62,341 nt of DNA from Bdellovibrionota bacterium (GCA_044345405.1 JBIJBE010000021.1:1-62341), one strand, 5' to 3'. Positions 39,697-50,100 are shown, numbered from the stretch's first letter. Translations and numbers: made by a program. The notes: generated by a model from the sequence alone, not told the origin.

Positions 39697-40870
39697 GGAC
39701 GAAGCAGGATTCTCAACCAAGGCGCTCCACGTCGGACAGGAGCCTGAGGGGATGACCGGCGCGATCATTCCGCCGATCTTCGCCACATCGACCTACGTTC
39801 AAGAGAGCCCTGGGGTACACAAGGGCTTTGATTACGCACGTTCGCACAACCCGACCCGGTACGCCTATGAGCGCTGCGTAGCGGCCCTTGAGAGTGGCGG
39901 GGCGGGGTTTGGATTCTCAAGTGGCATGGCCGCGAGCTCTACCGTTCTCGAGCTCCTTCCCGCGAACTCACACCTTATCGCCGGAGACGATCTCTACGGC
40001 GGAACGTATCGACTCTTTGAGCGGGTCCGTAAAAATTCGATGGGACTTGAGGTATCGTACGTAGACCTCTCAAATCCAAAGACGGCGCGAGCCAATCTCG
40101 AAGCCGCTCGGCGTCCGAACACAAAGATGGTGTGGGTAGAGACCCCAACGAACCCCCTCCTCAAAGTGGTGGACTTGGCTCAGGTCGCCGAGTTCGCCAA
40201 CAAGGAGGGATACATCTCGGTGTGCGATAACACCTTCGCCTCTCCTTATCTTCAGCGACCGCTTGAGTATGGGTTCTCTCTCGTCGTGCACTCCGCGACG
40301 AAGTACCTCAACGGTCACTCCGATGTCGTAGGCGGCATCGTCATCACCGGCGATAACAAAGAGGTCACTGAGCGGATGGGCTTCCTCCAAAACGCTATCG
40401 GTTCGGTACCGAGCCCCTTCGACTGTTTCCTTATCTTACGGGGCGTGAAGACCCTCGCGGTACGAATGGACCGAAGCTCATCAAACGCTCTCGAGATCGC
40501 CTCATTCCTCGAAAGCCACCCTCAAGTTGAGCGTGTAATCTACCCCGGGCTTAAGAGTCACCCTCAGTACGAGGTAGCGCACCGCCAGATGCGCGCGGGT
40601 GGTGGCATGATCTCCATGATTATCAAAGGCGGGCTCGACGCCTCTCGGAAGTTCCTTGAAACGGTTCGGGTCTTCTCACTCGCGGAGAGCTTAGGTGGCG
40701 TTGAGAGCCTTATTGAGCATCCCGCGATTATGACTCACGCCTCGATCCCTAAGGAGATTAGGGAGAAGAGCGGTATCGTTGATGGCTTTATCAGGCTCTC
40801 GGTGGGTATTGAGGACCTTGCCGACCTCCGAGCCGACCTTGAGGCCGGATTCAAGGCTGCCGCGCGCTAG
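39689..40870 (+). CDS. Cystathionine gamma-lyase/synthase
   Basis: YARSHNPT, ETPTNP, SATKYLNGHSD, AESLGGVESL; overlaps the CBS gene. Confidence 0.92.
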   Translation: MAKDEAGFSTKALHVGQEPEGMTGAIIPPIFATSTYVQESPGVHKGFDYARSHNPTRYAYERCVAALESGGAGFGFSSGMAASSTVLELLPANSHLIAGDDLYGGTYRLFERVRKNSMGLEVSYVDLSNPKTARANLEAARRPNTKMVWVETPTNPLLKVVDLAQVAEFANKEGYISVCDNTFASPYLQRPLEYGFSLVVHSATKYLNGHSDVVGGIVITGDNKEVTERMGFLQNAIGSVPSPFDCFLILRGVKTLAVRMDRSSSNALEIASFLESHPQVERVIYPGLKSHPQYEVAHRQMRAGGGMISMIIKGGLDASRKFLETVRVFSLAESLGGVESLIEHPAIMTHASIPKEIREKSGIVDGFIRLSVGIEDLADLRADLEAGFKAAAR

Positions 40871-40969
40871 CAACCGCCGCCTTGCGGTCGAACGTAACGG
40901 GCGCGAAACGATTGCATCGAAGGGGCGGGACGGTTACCCTGTGACGGGTCTTTATATCGCTTCTATCCA

Positions 40970-43144
40970 ATGAAACGGATCGCTAATCGCCTCGTTATTA
41001 CTACATGCGCGCTCATCATAGCTGTAGCGGGCGCTACCTATTTCGGCACCCAAGCGCTCTTAGAGCGATATCGCCCCCAAATCATGGCTGAGATATCCGA
41101 CGCCGTTGGGTGCCCGGTCACCTATGGACGGGCAACCCTCAAACTGATCCCCGCGCTTGAGATCGTACTGTATGACGTGGAGGTCATGGGCACCGACCTC
41201 GGATTCGAGGTGACCTCCCCATACTTCAGCGCCGAGGTAAAACTTGGGGCGCTTCTCAAGCGTCACCTCGACTTTGATCAAATAACACTCCGCTCCCCGT
41301 CTGTCGTTCTGATCACCGGCACGCGGGCGAACGGCTCTTTACCGACAGCCCCTGCTCCGGCCCCTTCCTCCACGGCAACGACTCCTCAGCGCAAGGCACC
41401 ACTCACCGGCATCGACATTATCAGTATCGATTCCGGCCGGCTCTCCAAACGGAGTCCGGGTGGCGCGCAGTCCGTCCTCCTTGAGGATCTTCACATTACC
41501 AGCGGCGTAACCACGCAAGGCACTACCATCTCAATCTCCCCTTCAGAGGCTTCGTTTATCCTTCCCATTCGGATTAAAGGAGACAAACGACTCCCCTTCT
41601 CGGCGACCCTTGATAACCTCAGTTACTCGACCAATCCAAAGACCCTATCCGTCACCACCGCGCACCTCGTAACCGGAACGTCGAACCTTACGATCTCGGG
41701 CTCTATGGATATCGACGCGGGAACCGTAACCGCGAACGTCACCGGCGCAAAGGTAGGAATAGGCATCATTCAACAGATCCTTGGCACCTCGGGTCTCGCT
41801 GGAACCGCGGATCTTCAAGCGACCCTCACAATCGATGAGCAATCCTTTCGAGCGACCGGAACAGCAGGGGTAACGAACGCGCAAGCTATCGGGTCGACGG
41901 GGGAGCGATACGGCGTCAGCTCACTCTCGGGTCCCTTCTCGCTGACGACGATTACAGGCCAAGGAACGAAGGTTCAGAGCGATAAAATAAACGTTCAAGG
42001 GTTCTCGTATGGAGATCCAAACGTGACCCTTAGCCACGTGAACGGCACACTCTCATCAGTGTCCGGGACGATAGCCGAAAATGGAGCGGCGTCTTTTACG
42101 GTTGGCGTGAAGAGCACCGGCCTCGATCTTTCCTCAGGGCCTTTCCTGATTAAAAAGATCAGCTCGGTAGATGCGCCCCTTACCATTACGATCCCAGCTC
42201 AATCGGGGTACTCAGTAACGGGCCCCGTTAAAGCCACTGGTGTGGATATGGCGTTTCATGGACGTCCAATGATCGGCTCATCAGGTTCTGTCGACATGAT
42301 CGTCTCGAATACTACGCTCCGATTCACCTCCCCAAATATAAAGACGGAGAGCAACGGGGTTCCGGTCGCCCTGAGCGGCACGGTCGACATAACTAACGAC
42401 GCCTACAAGGTTTCGAACATAACTGGTTCCGTAGCGGGGGGATCCCTCGCGGCGACACTGAATATACAACGCGCACCAGGTCAGGACGTAGAAAGCGAAA
42501 TACTGGCTAAGGGACTCGATATATCATCGGTGAAGGCATTGGCCCTCGGTAACACCAAGGAGGCTTTTAGCGGGCACGTCACTCACCTTTCAGTAAAAGC
42601 TAAGGCAAAAAGGAGCGACCTCCTCGCGAGCGCTCACGGTGAGGGTGTGATCGAGATTACAGATGGAACGGTTCGTAACGCCACTTACGATAAAAAGGTC
42701 GTGGGACTCATCAAAGCGATCCCCGTTGTGGGTGAAGCCGTTTCTTTCACATCGACCGCCACGAATGCCTCGACCTACCAGATGCAGGGGGCCATGCTAA
42801 AGGAGCTCACCGCCGACTTCACCATCGGCGGAGGAAAATTCTCAAGCAAGAACATTAAGGGCCAGGGGCGGTTCACAACCATCCAAGCGTCCGGCGACCT
42901 CTCCTTTGACGGAGCTTTGAATGTAACAGCCTCCGCTGTCTATCTTGAGCAAAATCTCAAGGCTCTCGCCGGCCCAATCACGCCACTCGGTTCTCTGTTC
43001 GGAACGATTGGAAAGATCGAGATCCCGCTACTCATAACAGGCAGCGTTAACAACCCACAGGTAAACGCGGATCTCTCGCGACTACAGGACATCACCGTTC
43101 CCGGGCGAGCGATATCGCCAATTCTGCGGGGGCTTGGTCTGTAA
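40970..43144 (+). CDS. AsmA-like protein
   Basis: N-terminal anchor, beta-rich repeats, C-terminal IEIPLLITGSVNNPQV. Confidence 0.8.
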   Translation: MKRIANRLVITTCALIIAVAGATYFGTQALLERYRPQIMAEISDAVGCPVTYGRATLKLIPALEIVLYDVEVMGTDLGFEVTSPYFSAEVKLGALLKRHLDFDQITLRSPSVVLITGTRANGSLPTAPAPAPSSTATTPQRKAPLTGIDIISIDSGRLSKRSPGGAQSVLLEDLHITSGVTTQGTTISISPSEASFILPIRIKGDKRLPFSATLDNLSYSTNPKTLSVTTAHLVTGTSNLTISGSMDIDAGTVTANVTGAKVGIGIIQQILGTSGLAGTADLQATLTIDEQSFRATGTAGVTNAQAIGSTGERYGVSSLSGPFSLTTITGQGTKVQSDKINVQGFSYGDPNVTLSHVNGTLSSVSGTIAENGAASFTVGVKSTGLDLSSGPFLIKKISSVDAPLTITIPAQSGYSVTGPVKATGVDMAFHGRPMIGSSGSVDMIVSNTTLRFTSPNIKTESNGVPVALSGTVDITNDAYKVSNITGSVAGGSLAATLNIQRAPGQDVESEILAKGLDISSVKALALGNTKEAFSGHVTHLSVKAKAKRSDLLASAHGEGVIEITDGTVRNATYDKKVVGLIKAIPVVGEAVSFTSTATNASTYQMQGAMLKELTADFTIGGGKFSSKNIKGQGRFTTIQASGDLSFDGALNVTASAVYLEQNLKALAGPITPLGSLFGTIGKIEIPLLITGSVNNPQVNADLSRLQDITVPGRAISPILRGLGL

Positions 43145-43214
43145 CGGAGGGTTTAAGGGCAATTGATTTCGACGTGGGCGCGCCCCGTACGGAACGCGCC
43201 CACATGAGGGAATC

Positions 43215-43517
43215 TTATCGCTTACAAACTATATTCGCTTCACGCGGCGTATAGAGCCCGTAGGTGAACACACTCACCAAACCCGTTAGAAATGAATTCT
43301 CCGTCTCGACGGCATCCCATCCCTTCTCGCAACGAGCCTTGAGATTAATCGGCTCGCTAAACTCAACGAGACCCAACACCCCATCGTGATGCCAATCATT
43401 GTACTGAGCGGCTGCCTTGTTGGCGACCGCTTGGCCGCCGTTGTGATAGTAAATCTTGTGACAACCAGACGCTGCGATGGCGACTAGAAAAATTGCAAAT
43501 TTGAGATACTTTTTCAT
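43215..43517 (-). CDS. Bor/Iss family lipoprotein
   Basis: Lipobox ASGC; SFLTGLV..TYGLYTPREA.I.C. Confidence 0.8.
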   Translation of the reverse strand: MKKYLKFAIFLVAIAASGCHKIYYHNGGQAVANKAAAQYNDWHHDGVLGLVEFSEPINLKARCEKGWDAVETENSFLTGLVSVFTYGLYTPREANIVCKR

Positions 43518-43531
43518 AAGCCTCCAATCTA

Positions 43532-43840
43532 TTACTTACACCAAACTCTAGCGGACTCGGGGGCATAAATACCAAGCGTAATGAGTCCAAGAAGACCATC
43601 GACGAACGTACGCTGAGACTGGAGCTGCGCTGGCTGTCCTTTACAAATCTGCGCGGTATTGATGTGCGCCTCGCCGACTAATCCCCAAAGATAAAAGTCT
43701 TGGCGTTGTTCGAACGTCGGGGGTGTCGCCGTCTTAAATCCACCGTCCGGTCTAGTGGTCACGCTGTAGCAGCCGGCGAAAAAAAACAGGCTCGCACAGA
43801 GAATTCCCCGTTTAATTGGTCGGGTAAGAGTGTCTTTCAT
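43532..43840 (-). CDS. Bor/Iss family lipoprotein
   Basis: Lipobox FAGC; FYLWGL..ICKG..TFVDGLLGLITLGIYAP. Confidence 0.85.
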   Translation of the reverse strand: MKDTLTRPIKRGILCASLFFFAGCYSVTTRPDGGFKTATPPTFEQRQDFYLWGLVGEAHINTAQICKGQPAQLQSQRTFVDGLLGLITLGIYAPESARVWCK

Positions 43841-44074
43841 GATTCCAAGCTCCAGAAATATGCCCGAGAGGGGCTGATCGCCCAGCATTAGAGCGTCGAC
43901 GGACGTGTCCGTCAATACGAGAATCAGAACCTCGAACCGCCTAGCGGCACACATCACTCAAGGGACTGGTGACGTAGAGCCCTGGCGAATTCCTATGATT
44001 CAGGCTTAGGGACAGCCTCCACTATTGGCTGTCACCCACATCTTGGCCTAGTCACGTGTGCGTAGAGGAGATAC

Positions 44075-44400
44075 TGCGCTCGCCAGGGATCGAACTCCCG
44101 ATCTTGCTTAGCCTGAGGGACGAGGCGCTCGGGCGAATTGCTCGCTAGCTCGCTATTCAGATCGATCACTCGCAGGTTCGTCCCCTGCGATGCGCATCTC
44201 GCCTCTTCCGAAGGAAGAGGCGGATTGCGCTCGGCAGGGATCGAACTCCCGATCTATCCTGTTCCGCTTTTGCTATTCCCTCGCCCCAGGCTCGGGGCAA
44301 AATCGGCGCAAGGCTGCGCTAGCTCGCCTTGCATATTGATCACTCGGGAGTTTGATCCCTCTCAGACCGATCTCGTCTCTTCTTTCAGAAGAGACGAGAG
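44075..44400 (-). repeat. Two tandem units downstream of tRNA-Arg, each ending in a copy of the tRNA 3' end
   Basis: TGCGCTCG.CAGGGATCGAACTCCCGA at 44075 and 44226 vs tRNA TGCGCTCGGAGAGGATCGAACTCCCGA at 44401. Confidence 0.85.
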
Positions 44401-44474
44401 TGCGCTCGGAGAGGATCGAACTCCCGACCCCAAGTTTAGGAAACTTGTGCTCTATCCAACTGAGCTACGAGCGC
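44401..44474 (-). tRNA. tRNA-Arg(CCT)
   Basis: GCGCTCG acceptor stem, AGCTCAGTTGGATAGAGC D arm, CAAGT-TTCCTAA-ACTTG anticodon arm, GTTCGAT T loop; CCA not encoded. Confidence 0.95.
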
Positions 44475-44579
44475 GTTCCTTTGAGGATAGCAAAAGAAAC
44501 AGGGCGCGCCAATGTCGATGAATACTTCGTTAAGACCCTGCAATCCCCGGACTTTACTGGGTCATGCCGGGCGCATCCC

Positions 44580-45302
44580 TTAGGACCCCTCGCCCATCTT
44601 CACAAAAAAGATGTAGGGATCCACGGCGGCGTATTTACCGTTAGAATCAAGGATTCGCGTCTCAAAGTGGAGGTGAGGACCGGTTGCTCTCCCCGTCTGT
44701 CCTACATCAGCGATGTGCTCTCCCTTGAAGACCTTATCCCCAACAGAGACGTGGTTACCGCTCGTGTGCCCATACGCCGTGAGCAGCTTGTCTCCCTGTA
44801 TCACAACGATCCCACCGTAGTGTCCGTGGGAGCGACTTTCGAGAACGACGACACCATCGTGAGCGGCGTAGATCGGGGTGCCCTCTGGCGCGCCGAAGTC
44901 AGTGCCCTCGTGGAAGCGCTTGCCGCGCCATCCGAACTTTGAGGTGTAGAGGGCTCCGTGCACCGGAAAAGCAAATGCGCCAACGTAGCCGCGGACATGC
45001 GAGATACTTATTTTTCGAGCACCTGTATCACGCAACGCCGCCCGCATGAGCGATTCCTGATCGAGGGGCCCAACCGCGGGGATCTTTACTATCTGACCGA
45101 TTTTGAGGGATTTAGGATTTCGTATCTCATTATACTCTGAGATCTCTTCAACCGAGAGCCCCGCCCGAGTCGCAATACGCTCAAGGGTGTCTCCTTTGGC
45201 GACGGTGTAGATTCGCTCCTGCTCCGACGTCGGGACACTTCGCTTCGCGAAACATCCCGTCGTTACGACGAGCAGCAGTACTAAGAGAGTCCGAGCAATC
45301 AT
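44580..45302 (-). CDS. LysM + M23 peptidase lipoprotein (NlpD-like)
   Basis: Lipobox TTGC; YTVAKGDTL LysM; HEGTD and GPHLHFE motifs. Confidence 0.9.
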   Translation of the reverse strand: MIARTLLVLLLVVTTGCFAKRSVPTSEQERIYTVAKGDTLERIATRAGLSVEEISEYNEIRNPKSLKIGQIVKIPAVGPLDQESLMRAALRDTGARKISISHVRGYVGAFAFPVHGALYTSKFGWRGKRFHEGTDFGAPEGTPIYAAHDGVVVLESRSHGHYGGIVVIQGDKLLTAYGHTSGNHVSVGDKVFKGEHIADVGQTGRATGPHLHFETRILDSNGKYAAVDPYIFFVKMGEGS

Positions 45303-45347
45303 CTGACCTCCTACCTGTCTCGTCCAACATCGACGAGTGAGAGAAAC

Positions 45348-45989
45348 CTATCGAAACTCAACCTCTTCAAAAACAACTCGACGCGCTGTATCGCCTGAAC
45401 GTGTCCACACCGCGAGATTTGTAATTCCGTGCGAAGCGATTGGCGCGACAAGAACTCCGCCATCGGCAAGCTGATTGAGGGGCAACTCACTCTCAAGAAG
45501 CACAGGATACGAAACAACGATTGCGTCGAATGGAGCGGCGTCGGCCCATCCCTTGCGGCCCTCTCCACGACGAACGATAACGCCGTGATGCTTGAGAGCA
45601 TCGAGAACCTTACGGGAACTCTGCGCGAGGGTACCGATCGTATCGACACCGAAAACTTGAGCGCCAGCTGCCGACATAACCGCGCAGAGGTACCCGCTTC
45701 CGAATCCGAGTTCGAGAACGCGCATGCGCTTATCGAGATTGATCAGTCCCATCATACGAATGAGGATCGATGGGCGAGTAAGCCACTGACCTTCCTCGAT
45801 CGGAAGATCGACATCCTTGATAGCGTGATGGATGTACATCGGCTCAATGAAGTGATGTCGAGGAACCGCGGTGAAACTCTCTTGCACGCGACGCTCAACC
45901 TCTTCATCGAGGATACCGGCATCAGCGACCCATTGCTCAACACACTGAGCCCATAGGGATTCATCCGGTACTGCGTTCGCGCTCTGCAT
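45348..45989 (-). CDS. pcm: Protein-L-isoaspartate O-methyltransferase (divergent)
   Basis: VPRHHF, LPIEEGQ, VLELGFGSGY, APFDAIVV. Confidence 0.8.
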   Translation of the reverse strand: MQSANAVPDESLWAQCVEQWVADAGILDEEVERRVQESFTAVPRHHFIEPMYIHHAIKDVDLPIEEGQWLTRPSILIRMMGLINLDKRMRVLELGFGSGYLCAVMSAAGAQVFGVDTIGTLAQSSRKVLDALKHHGVIVRRGEGRKGWADAAPFDAIVVSYPVLLESELPLNQLADGGVLVAPIASHGITNLAVWTRSGDTARRVVFEEVEFR

Positions 45990-46100
45990 AGAAAAAGACC
46001 TGAAAGTGCGCTCGGCTTGGCGCACGGTGATTAGATATCTAATTCACCATGAAGAGGGTTTTTTGGAAAGGTGGAAAAAGAGTTTTGCGGAATGTAACGC

Positions 46101-46154
46101 GGCGGTCAGGCTTGTCCCCCGTAGCTTTAGCGTAGGAGGGAATGGTCGCCCTCC
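46101..46154 (-). repeat. GGAG-foot REP with nested hairpin
   Basis: Minus strand reads GGAG-GGCGACCA-TTCC-[CTCCTACGCTAAAGCTACGGGGGACAAGCC]-TGACCGCC. Confidence 0.7.
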
Positions 46155-46177
46155 GATATCACGGGTCGGAGTGAAAG

Positions 46178-47878
46178 CTATCCAGCCTTCACCACTCCCA
46201 TCTTCTGAAACAAGATCGGCGGCTGGGAAAGCGGATTTCCAAAGAGTTCGAAATTGACCGCATCTGTCCACGACACCGTATCGGCATCACGACCGAACGC
46301 GGAGAGGATCTTCCCTGCGGCGGTCGGTATGAACGGCGACAACATTATTCCAAGCGCATGAATGGCGCGAAGTGAGTACGCGAGGGTAACCTTCGTTCCC
46401 TCCATATCGGTCTTGCGCATCGTCCACGGCGCCTTCTCATCGACGTATCGGTTACACTGACGGCTGAATTCCATCACAGCCTCCAGCGCCCCCTTGAAGG
46501 AATGCCCCTCAAGCTCCTTGGTGACGCTCTCAAACGAGGCGTTGAGCGCATCATCAAAGGCCTTATCGGTTGCGGTGAGAAGCTGCTTATCAAAGAGCGG
46601 CACGTTAGGACCACAGTGCTTGATCGTGAACGAGGTAATGCGATTGACGAAGTTGCCCACCGAATCGGCGAGCTCTGAGTTGAAGCGCTGCTCAAGGTCC
46701 TCTGGCTTGTAGACCGTTCGCGCCTTCTCTGAAGCAATAGAGGTAAGGTAGTACCGCAACGCGTCCGGGTCCTTCCCTTCCGCCAGGTAATCGCCAACCC
46801 AAACCGCGGTGCCTCGAGACTTCGAGATCTTCTCAACCTCTTTCCCAGGGAACTGGATATTAAAGTAGTGATTCACGATGACACCCTTTGGAAGCTTCAT
46901 CGTTCCAACGGCGCTCAACATCGCTATCCAGATAACACAATGGAAGACGGTATTGTCCTCACCGATGAAGTGGACGATCTCGGTATCGTCCCCTGTGCTC
47001 CACATGCGCTCCGCGACGGCGACATCACGCCCCCGTTTAGCCTCAAGCTCATAGGTGTTCGAGATGTATCCGATAGGAGCGTCGAACCACACGTAGAGAA
47101 CCTTGCCCTGAGCCTCTGGGTCATCCAGAGGCACCGGAATTCCCCACGTGAGATCACGGGTCATCGCGCGCTTCACGAGCCCCGTTCCGAGCAAGCCCCG
47201 AACGTACGCCTTCGTCTGATCGCGAAGCTCAGCGGTATCCAACCACTCCGTTACCTCCTTCTCGAAACGCGAGAGGTCGAGGAACCAGTGCACAGTTTCG
47301 CGAATCGTCGCTGGCTGTCCTGAAACTGTGCTCTTTGGATTCTTGAGCGTATCGATATCGAGCATCTTGCCGCAGTTCTCGCACTGATCGGAGTTCTGCT
47401 CGACCGTTCCGCAATATCCGCAGGTGCCCTTCACATATCGGTCGGGAAGGAACGCCGCTCTCGCCTCATCGTAAAACTGCCGAGAGCTCTGTTTCTCGAA
47501 GTATCCCTTATCGTGAATCGCTTTGAAGAAATCCTGACTCACCTTCGCGTGGTACGGATTGATGCTCGTTCCACTGTAGATGTCGAAGCTGATACCCATC
47601 CCCGCGAAGTCCTGCGCCTGCAACTTCTGGTAGTGTTGCGCCACCTCGGCCGGGGTCTTCCCCTCCTGCTCGGCGGTGATCATGATCGCCACACCGTGAT
47701 CGTCTGACCCACAGATGAACCGAACGTCAGCACCCGTCATTCGAAGGTAGCGCACGTAGATATCGGCAGGGATATACGCGCCGCCGAGATGCCCAACGTG
47801 CAGTCGTCCATTCGAGTACGGGAGACCTGCGGTGACGAGAACCTTACGGGGCGTTGTCCCCTTTTGAGCAGCATTCAT
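46178..47878 (-). CDS. metG: Methionine--tRNA ligase (no C-terminal Trbp domain)
   Basis: LPYSNGRLHVGH, GSDDHG, zinc knuckles, YVWFDA, KISKS. Confidence 0.96.
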   Translation of the reverse strand: MNAAQKGTTPRKVLVTAGLPYSNGRLHVGHLGGAYIPADIYVRYLRMTGADVRFICGSDDHGVAIMITAEQEGKTPAEVAQHYQKLQAQDFAGMGISFDIYSGTSINPYHAKVSQDFFKAIHDKGYFEKQSSRQFYDEARAAFLPDRYVKGTCGYCGTVEQNSDQCENCGKMLDIDTLKNPKSTVSGQPATIRETVHWFLDLSRFEKEVTEWLDTAELRDQTKAYVRGLLGTGLVKRAMTRDLTWGIPVPLDDPEAQGKVLYVWFDAPIGYISNTYELEAKRGRDVAVAERMWSTGDDTEIVHFIGEDNTVFHCVIWIAMLSAVGTMKLPKGVIVNHYFNIQFPGKEVEKISKSRGTAVWVGDYLAEGKDPDALRYYLTSIASEKARTVYKPEDLEQRFNSELADSVGNFVNRITSFTIKHCGPNVPLFDKQLLTATDKAFDDALNASFESVTKELEGHSFKGALEAVMEFSRQCNRYVDEKAPWTMRKTDMEGTKVTLAYSLRAIHALGIMLSPFIPTAAGKILSAFGRDADTVSWTDAVNFELFGNPLSQPPILFQKMGVVKAG

Positions 47879-48170
47879 GGCGAAATTCCAAACAACCCCC
47901 TCTGCGGGGGATAGACACGGGAGAAACCGACCTAAACGGTAAATTTCATTGGGATATTAACCACCTAGCCATCTCAAAGTAAAGCCGTTACCGGCACAGC
48001 TGGTGCCCAGAGATACGGGGAACGGAGGCCGCTCTCCCTAAATATCGCGTTTACGGCGCCCCGCGGGCGAAATTCCTCATCTAGGACTACAGGGAAGCTC
48101 TATTCAGGTCGGTGACTTAGCCCCGCCCTGGCCCCCGGCTACGGGGCTGGTAGACGCCCCAAGCGAAGCT

Positions 48171-49271
48171 ATGCACGACCATTATAAAATACTCGGGCTC
48201 TCATCAGCCGCGACGCGCGAGGAGATACGCCGCGCCTATAGGGTCCTTGCGCGGCGCTACCATCCTGACGTCAACCCAGGGAACGCCACGGCCGAGAAGT
48301 TTAGGCAGATATCCAGAGCCTACGAGGTTCTCTCCGATCCCGAAAAGCGCAAGCAGTACGACAGTGAGCGAGAAACGGAGGAGACCTTCTCATCCGCCTT
48401 CGATCGCGCGCATCAAGCATACCGAAAACAACAGGCGGCGGCGACCAAGGGCCCTCGCGCCACTCCTCGACAACAGCCACCGAATCAACAACAGACCCGT
48501 CAACAAGCCTCCACGCCACCACCTCGCGAGGAACCAAAATCACCACCGAAGCCGCAACAACCGCCACCGAAGCCAGAGCCAAAAATAGTTCGCACCACCA
48601 CGAAGGCGCCACCATCGCGCGTCTCAGGTCTCCGAAAAACCCTTGAGGCCTCACTCTCTCGCGCGAAGAACATTCTCGCTAAGCCTCAACCACCCAAGCC
48701 TTCCCGCCCAACGATCTCATCGATCGCGTTGATGGAGGTTTCGATCTCCGTCTTTGAGGCGATCGCCGGAGTTCGCAAAACGATCGAGGTCGCCGAGAAA
48801 GATGGCGAGATGAAAAAACTCTCCATCTCGATCCCGGCGGGAGTAAGGCAAGGAAGTATCGTGCGCCTCCGCAGCAAGGAGAACGAGTCCGAGGAGATCA
48901 TCGTTGTCGTACGGGTGGCGCACCATCCGTGGCTCTCGATCTCGCACCGTGGCCTCACGATTGATGTTCCGATAACGATTTCGGAGGCTATCGCCGGAGC
49001 GAAGGTACAGATCCCATCCCTCCAAGACCCACTCCTGATTACCGTTGAACCAGGAACGCAGAGCGGCAGAGAGGTTCGACTCAAAGGACAAGGCATCCCA
49101 CTCCCCGATGGTACACGCGGAGATCTCTTCGCGAGGTTCCTCATTAAGGTTCCGACACCCTCTGAGGCACCCGAGAGCGCAGCGAAGCTCGTCGAAATTG
49201 AATCGCTCTATCACGGTTCGGTGCGGGAGCACCTTCCCAAATCACTCATGGATGGGGAGACGACCGCGTGA
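48171..49271 (+). CDS. DnaJ-class (CbpA-like) co-chaperone
   Basis: N-terminal J-domain (YHPD), Pro/Gln linker, DnaJ C-terminal domain, no zinc finger. Confidence 0.88.
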   Translation: MHDHYKILGLSSAATREEIRRAYRVLARRYHPDVNPGNATAEKFRQISRAYEVLSDPEKRKQYDSERETEETFSSAFDRAHQAYRKQQAAATKGPRATPRQQPPNQQQTRQQASTPPPREEPKSPPKPQQPPPKPEPKIVRTTTKAPPSRVSGLRKTLEASLSRAKNILAKPQPPKPSRPTISSIALMEVSISVFEAIAGVRKTIEVAEKDGEMKKLSISIPAGVRQGSIVRLRSKENESEEIIVVVRVAHHPWLSISHRGLTIDVPITISEAIAGAKVQIPSLQDPLLITVEPGTQSGREVRLKGQGIPLPDGTRGDLFARFLIKVPTPSEAPESAAKLVEIESLYHGSVREHLPKSLMDGETTA

Positions 49272-50068
49272 CACAGCCATCCTCCACAGCGCCGCTCCTC
49301 TTCTCACTGTATACAGTAGCCGCGCAGGTGATCAGCGCCGTAGTGGCCGTGGTGACGTGGGAGGCGACAGGCAGCATCACGGTAGCTCTTGCGGTGGCGA
49401 CAATTACCGCATTCGTCGTGCCCCACTTTCTCCGTCTCTCGGCGCCCTGGAAGGCCATGAACTGTGTACTTCCGATCTCAATCGCCAGCTCACTCGCCGT
49501 GCCTCTTCCAAGTTGGGTGTTTATGACCCCGTTTCTAGCGCTCTTCGCAATCTACGCCCCAGCTCTATGGACAAGAGTGCCGTACTATCCAACCAGTAGA
49601 GCCGCGTATCCGCTGATACTCGCCGAGCTTCCACCCGATCGCCCCTTCACCTTCATCGATATCGGGTGCGGTATGGGGGACCTTCTACTTTTCCTGAAAC
49701 AGCACCGCTCAAACGGACACTACGTTGGGATCGAGATCGGAGTTGTTCCGTATCTCGTATCGAAGGCGAAAGCGTTGCTATACGGACAAGGTCGCGTGAC
49801 GGTGCGATTCGAGAGCGTCTACAAAACTGACCTTCGCGAGTTTGATTTCGTATACGCTTTTCTCTCCCCGGCAGCGATGACGCAGGTGTGGCAGAAAGCC
49901 TGCCGAGAGATGAAGGCCGACAGCACCTTTATCACCAACTCATTTGAGGCACCCGTAGCCGCCTCGTATCAGGTGAACATCAAAGACCACCGCAAGGGGG
50001 TTTTGTTTGTGCATAGGATGGAGGAGCGGGCGAGCGACAATGAGCGCCCGCACTGCGTCGTTCGATAG
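49268..50068 (+). CDS. Membrane-anchored class I SAM methyltransferase
   Basis: N-terminal TMs, RVPYYPT, FIDIGCGMG, VYAFLSP. Confidence 0.85.
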   Translation: MTQPSSTAPLLFSLYTVAAQVISAVVAVVTWEATGSITVALAVATITAFVVPHFLRLSAPWKAMNCVLPISIASSLAVPLPSWVFMTPFLALFAIYAPALWTRVPYYPTSRAAYPLILAELPPDRPFTFIDIGCGMGDLLLFLKQHRSNGHYVGIEIGVVPYLVSKAKALLYGQGRVTVRFESVYKTDLREFDFVYAFLSPAAMTQVWQKACREMKADSTFITNSFEAPVAASYQVNIKDHRKGVLFVHRMEERASDNERPHCVVR

Positions 50069-50100
50069 CTCACATACCCCATCCACGAAGTCGAAGACCC

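Noticed and set aside
44075-44252. Extra tRNA genes
   Set aside because: Only the T-arm and acceptor 3' half are present; there are no D or anticodon arms.
47996-48010. CAGCTGGTGCCCAG matching the left RAYT array
   Set aside because: Short, solitary and lacking the CAAYT half; may be chance.
47879-48170. SAM or T-box riboswitch upstream of metG
   Set aside because: I could not identify the consensus motifs.
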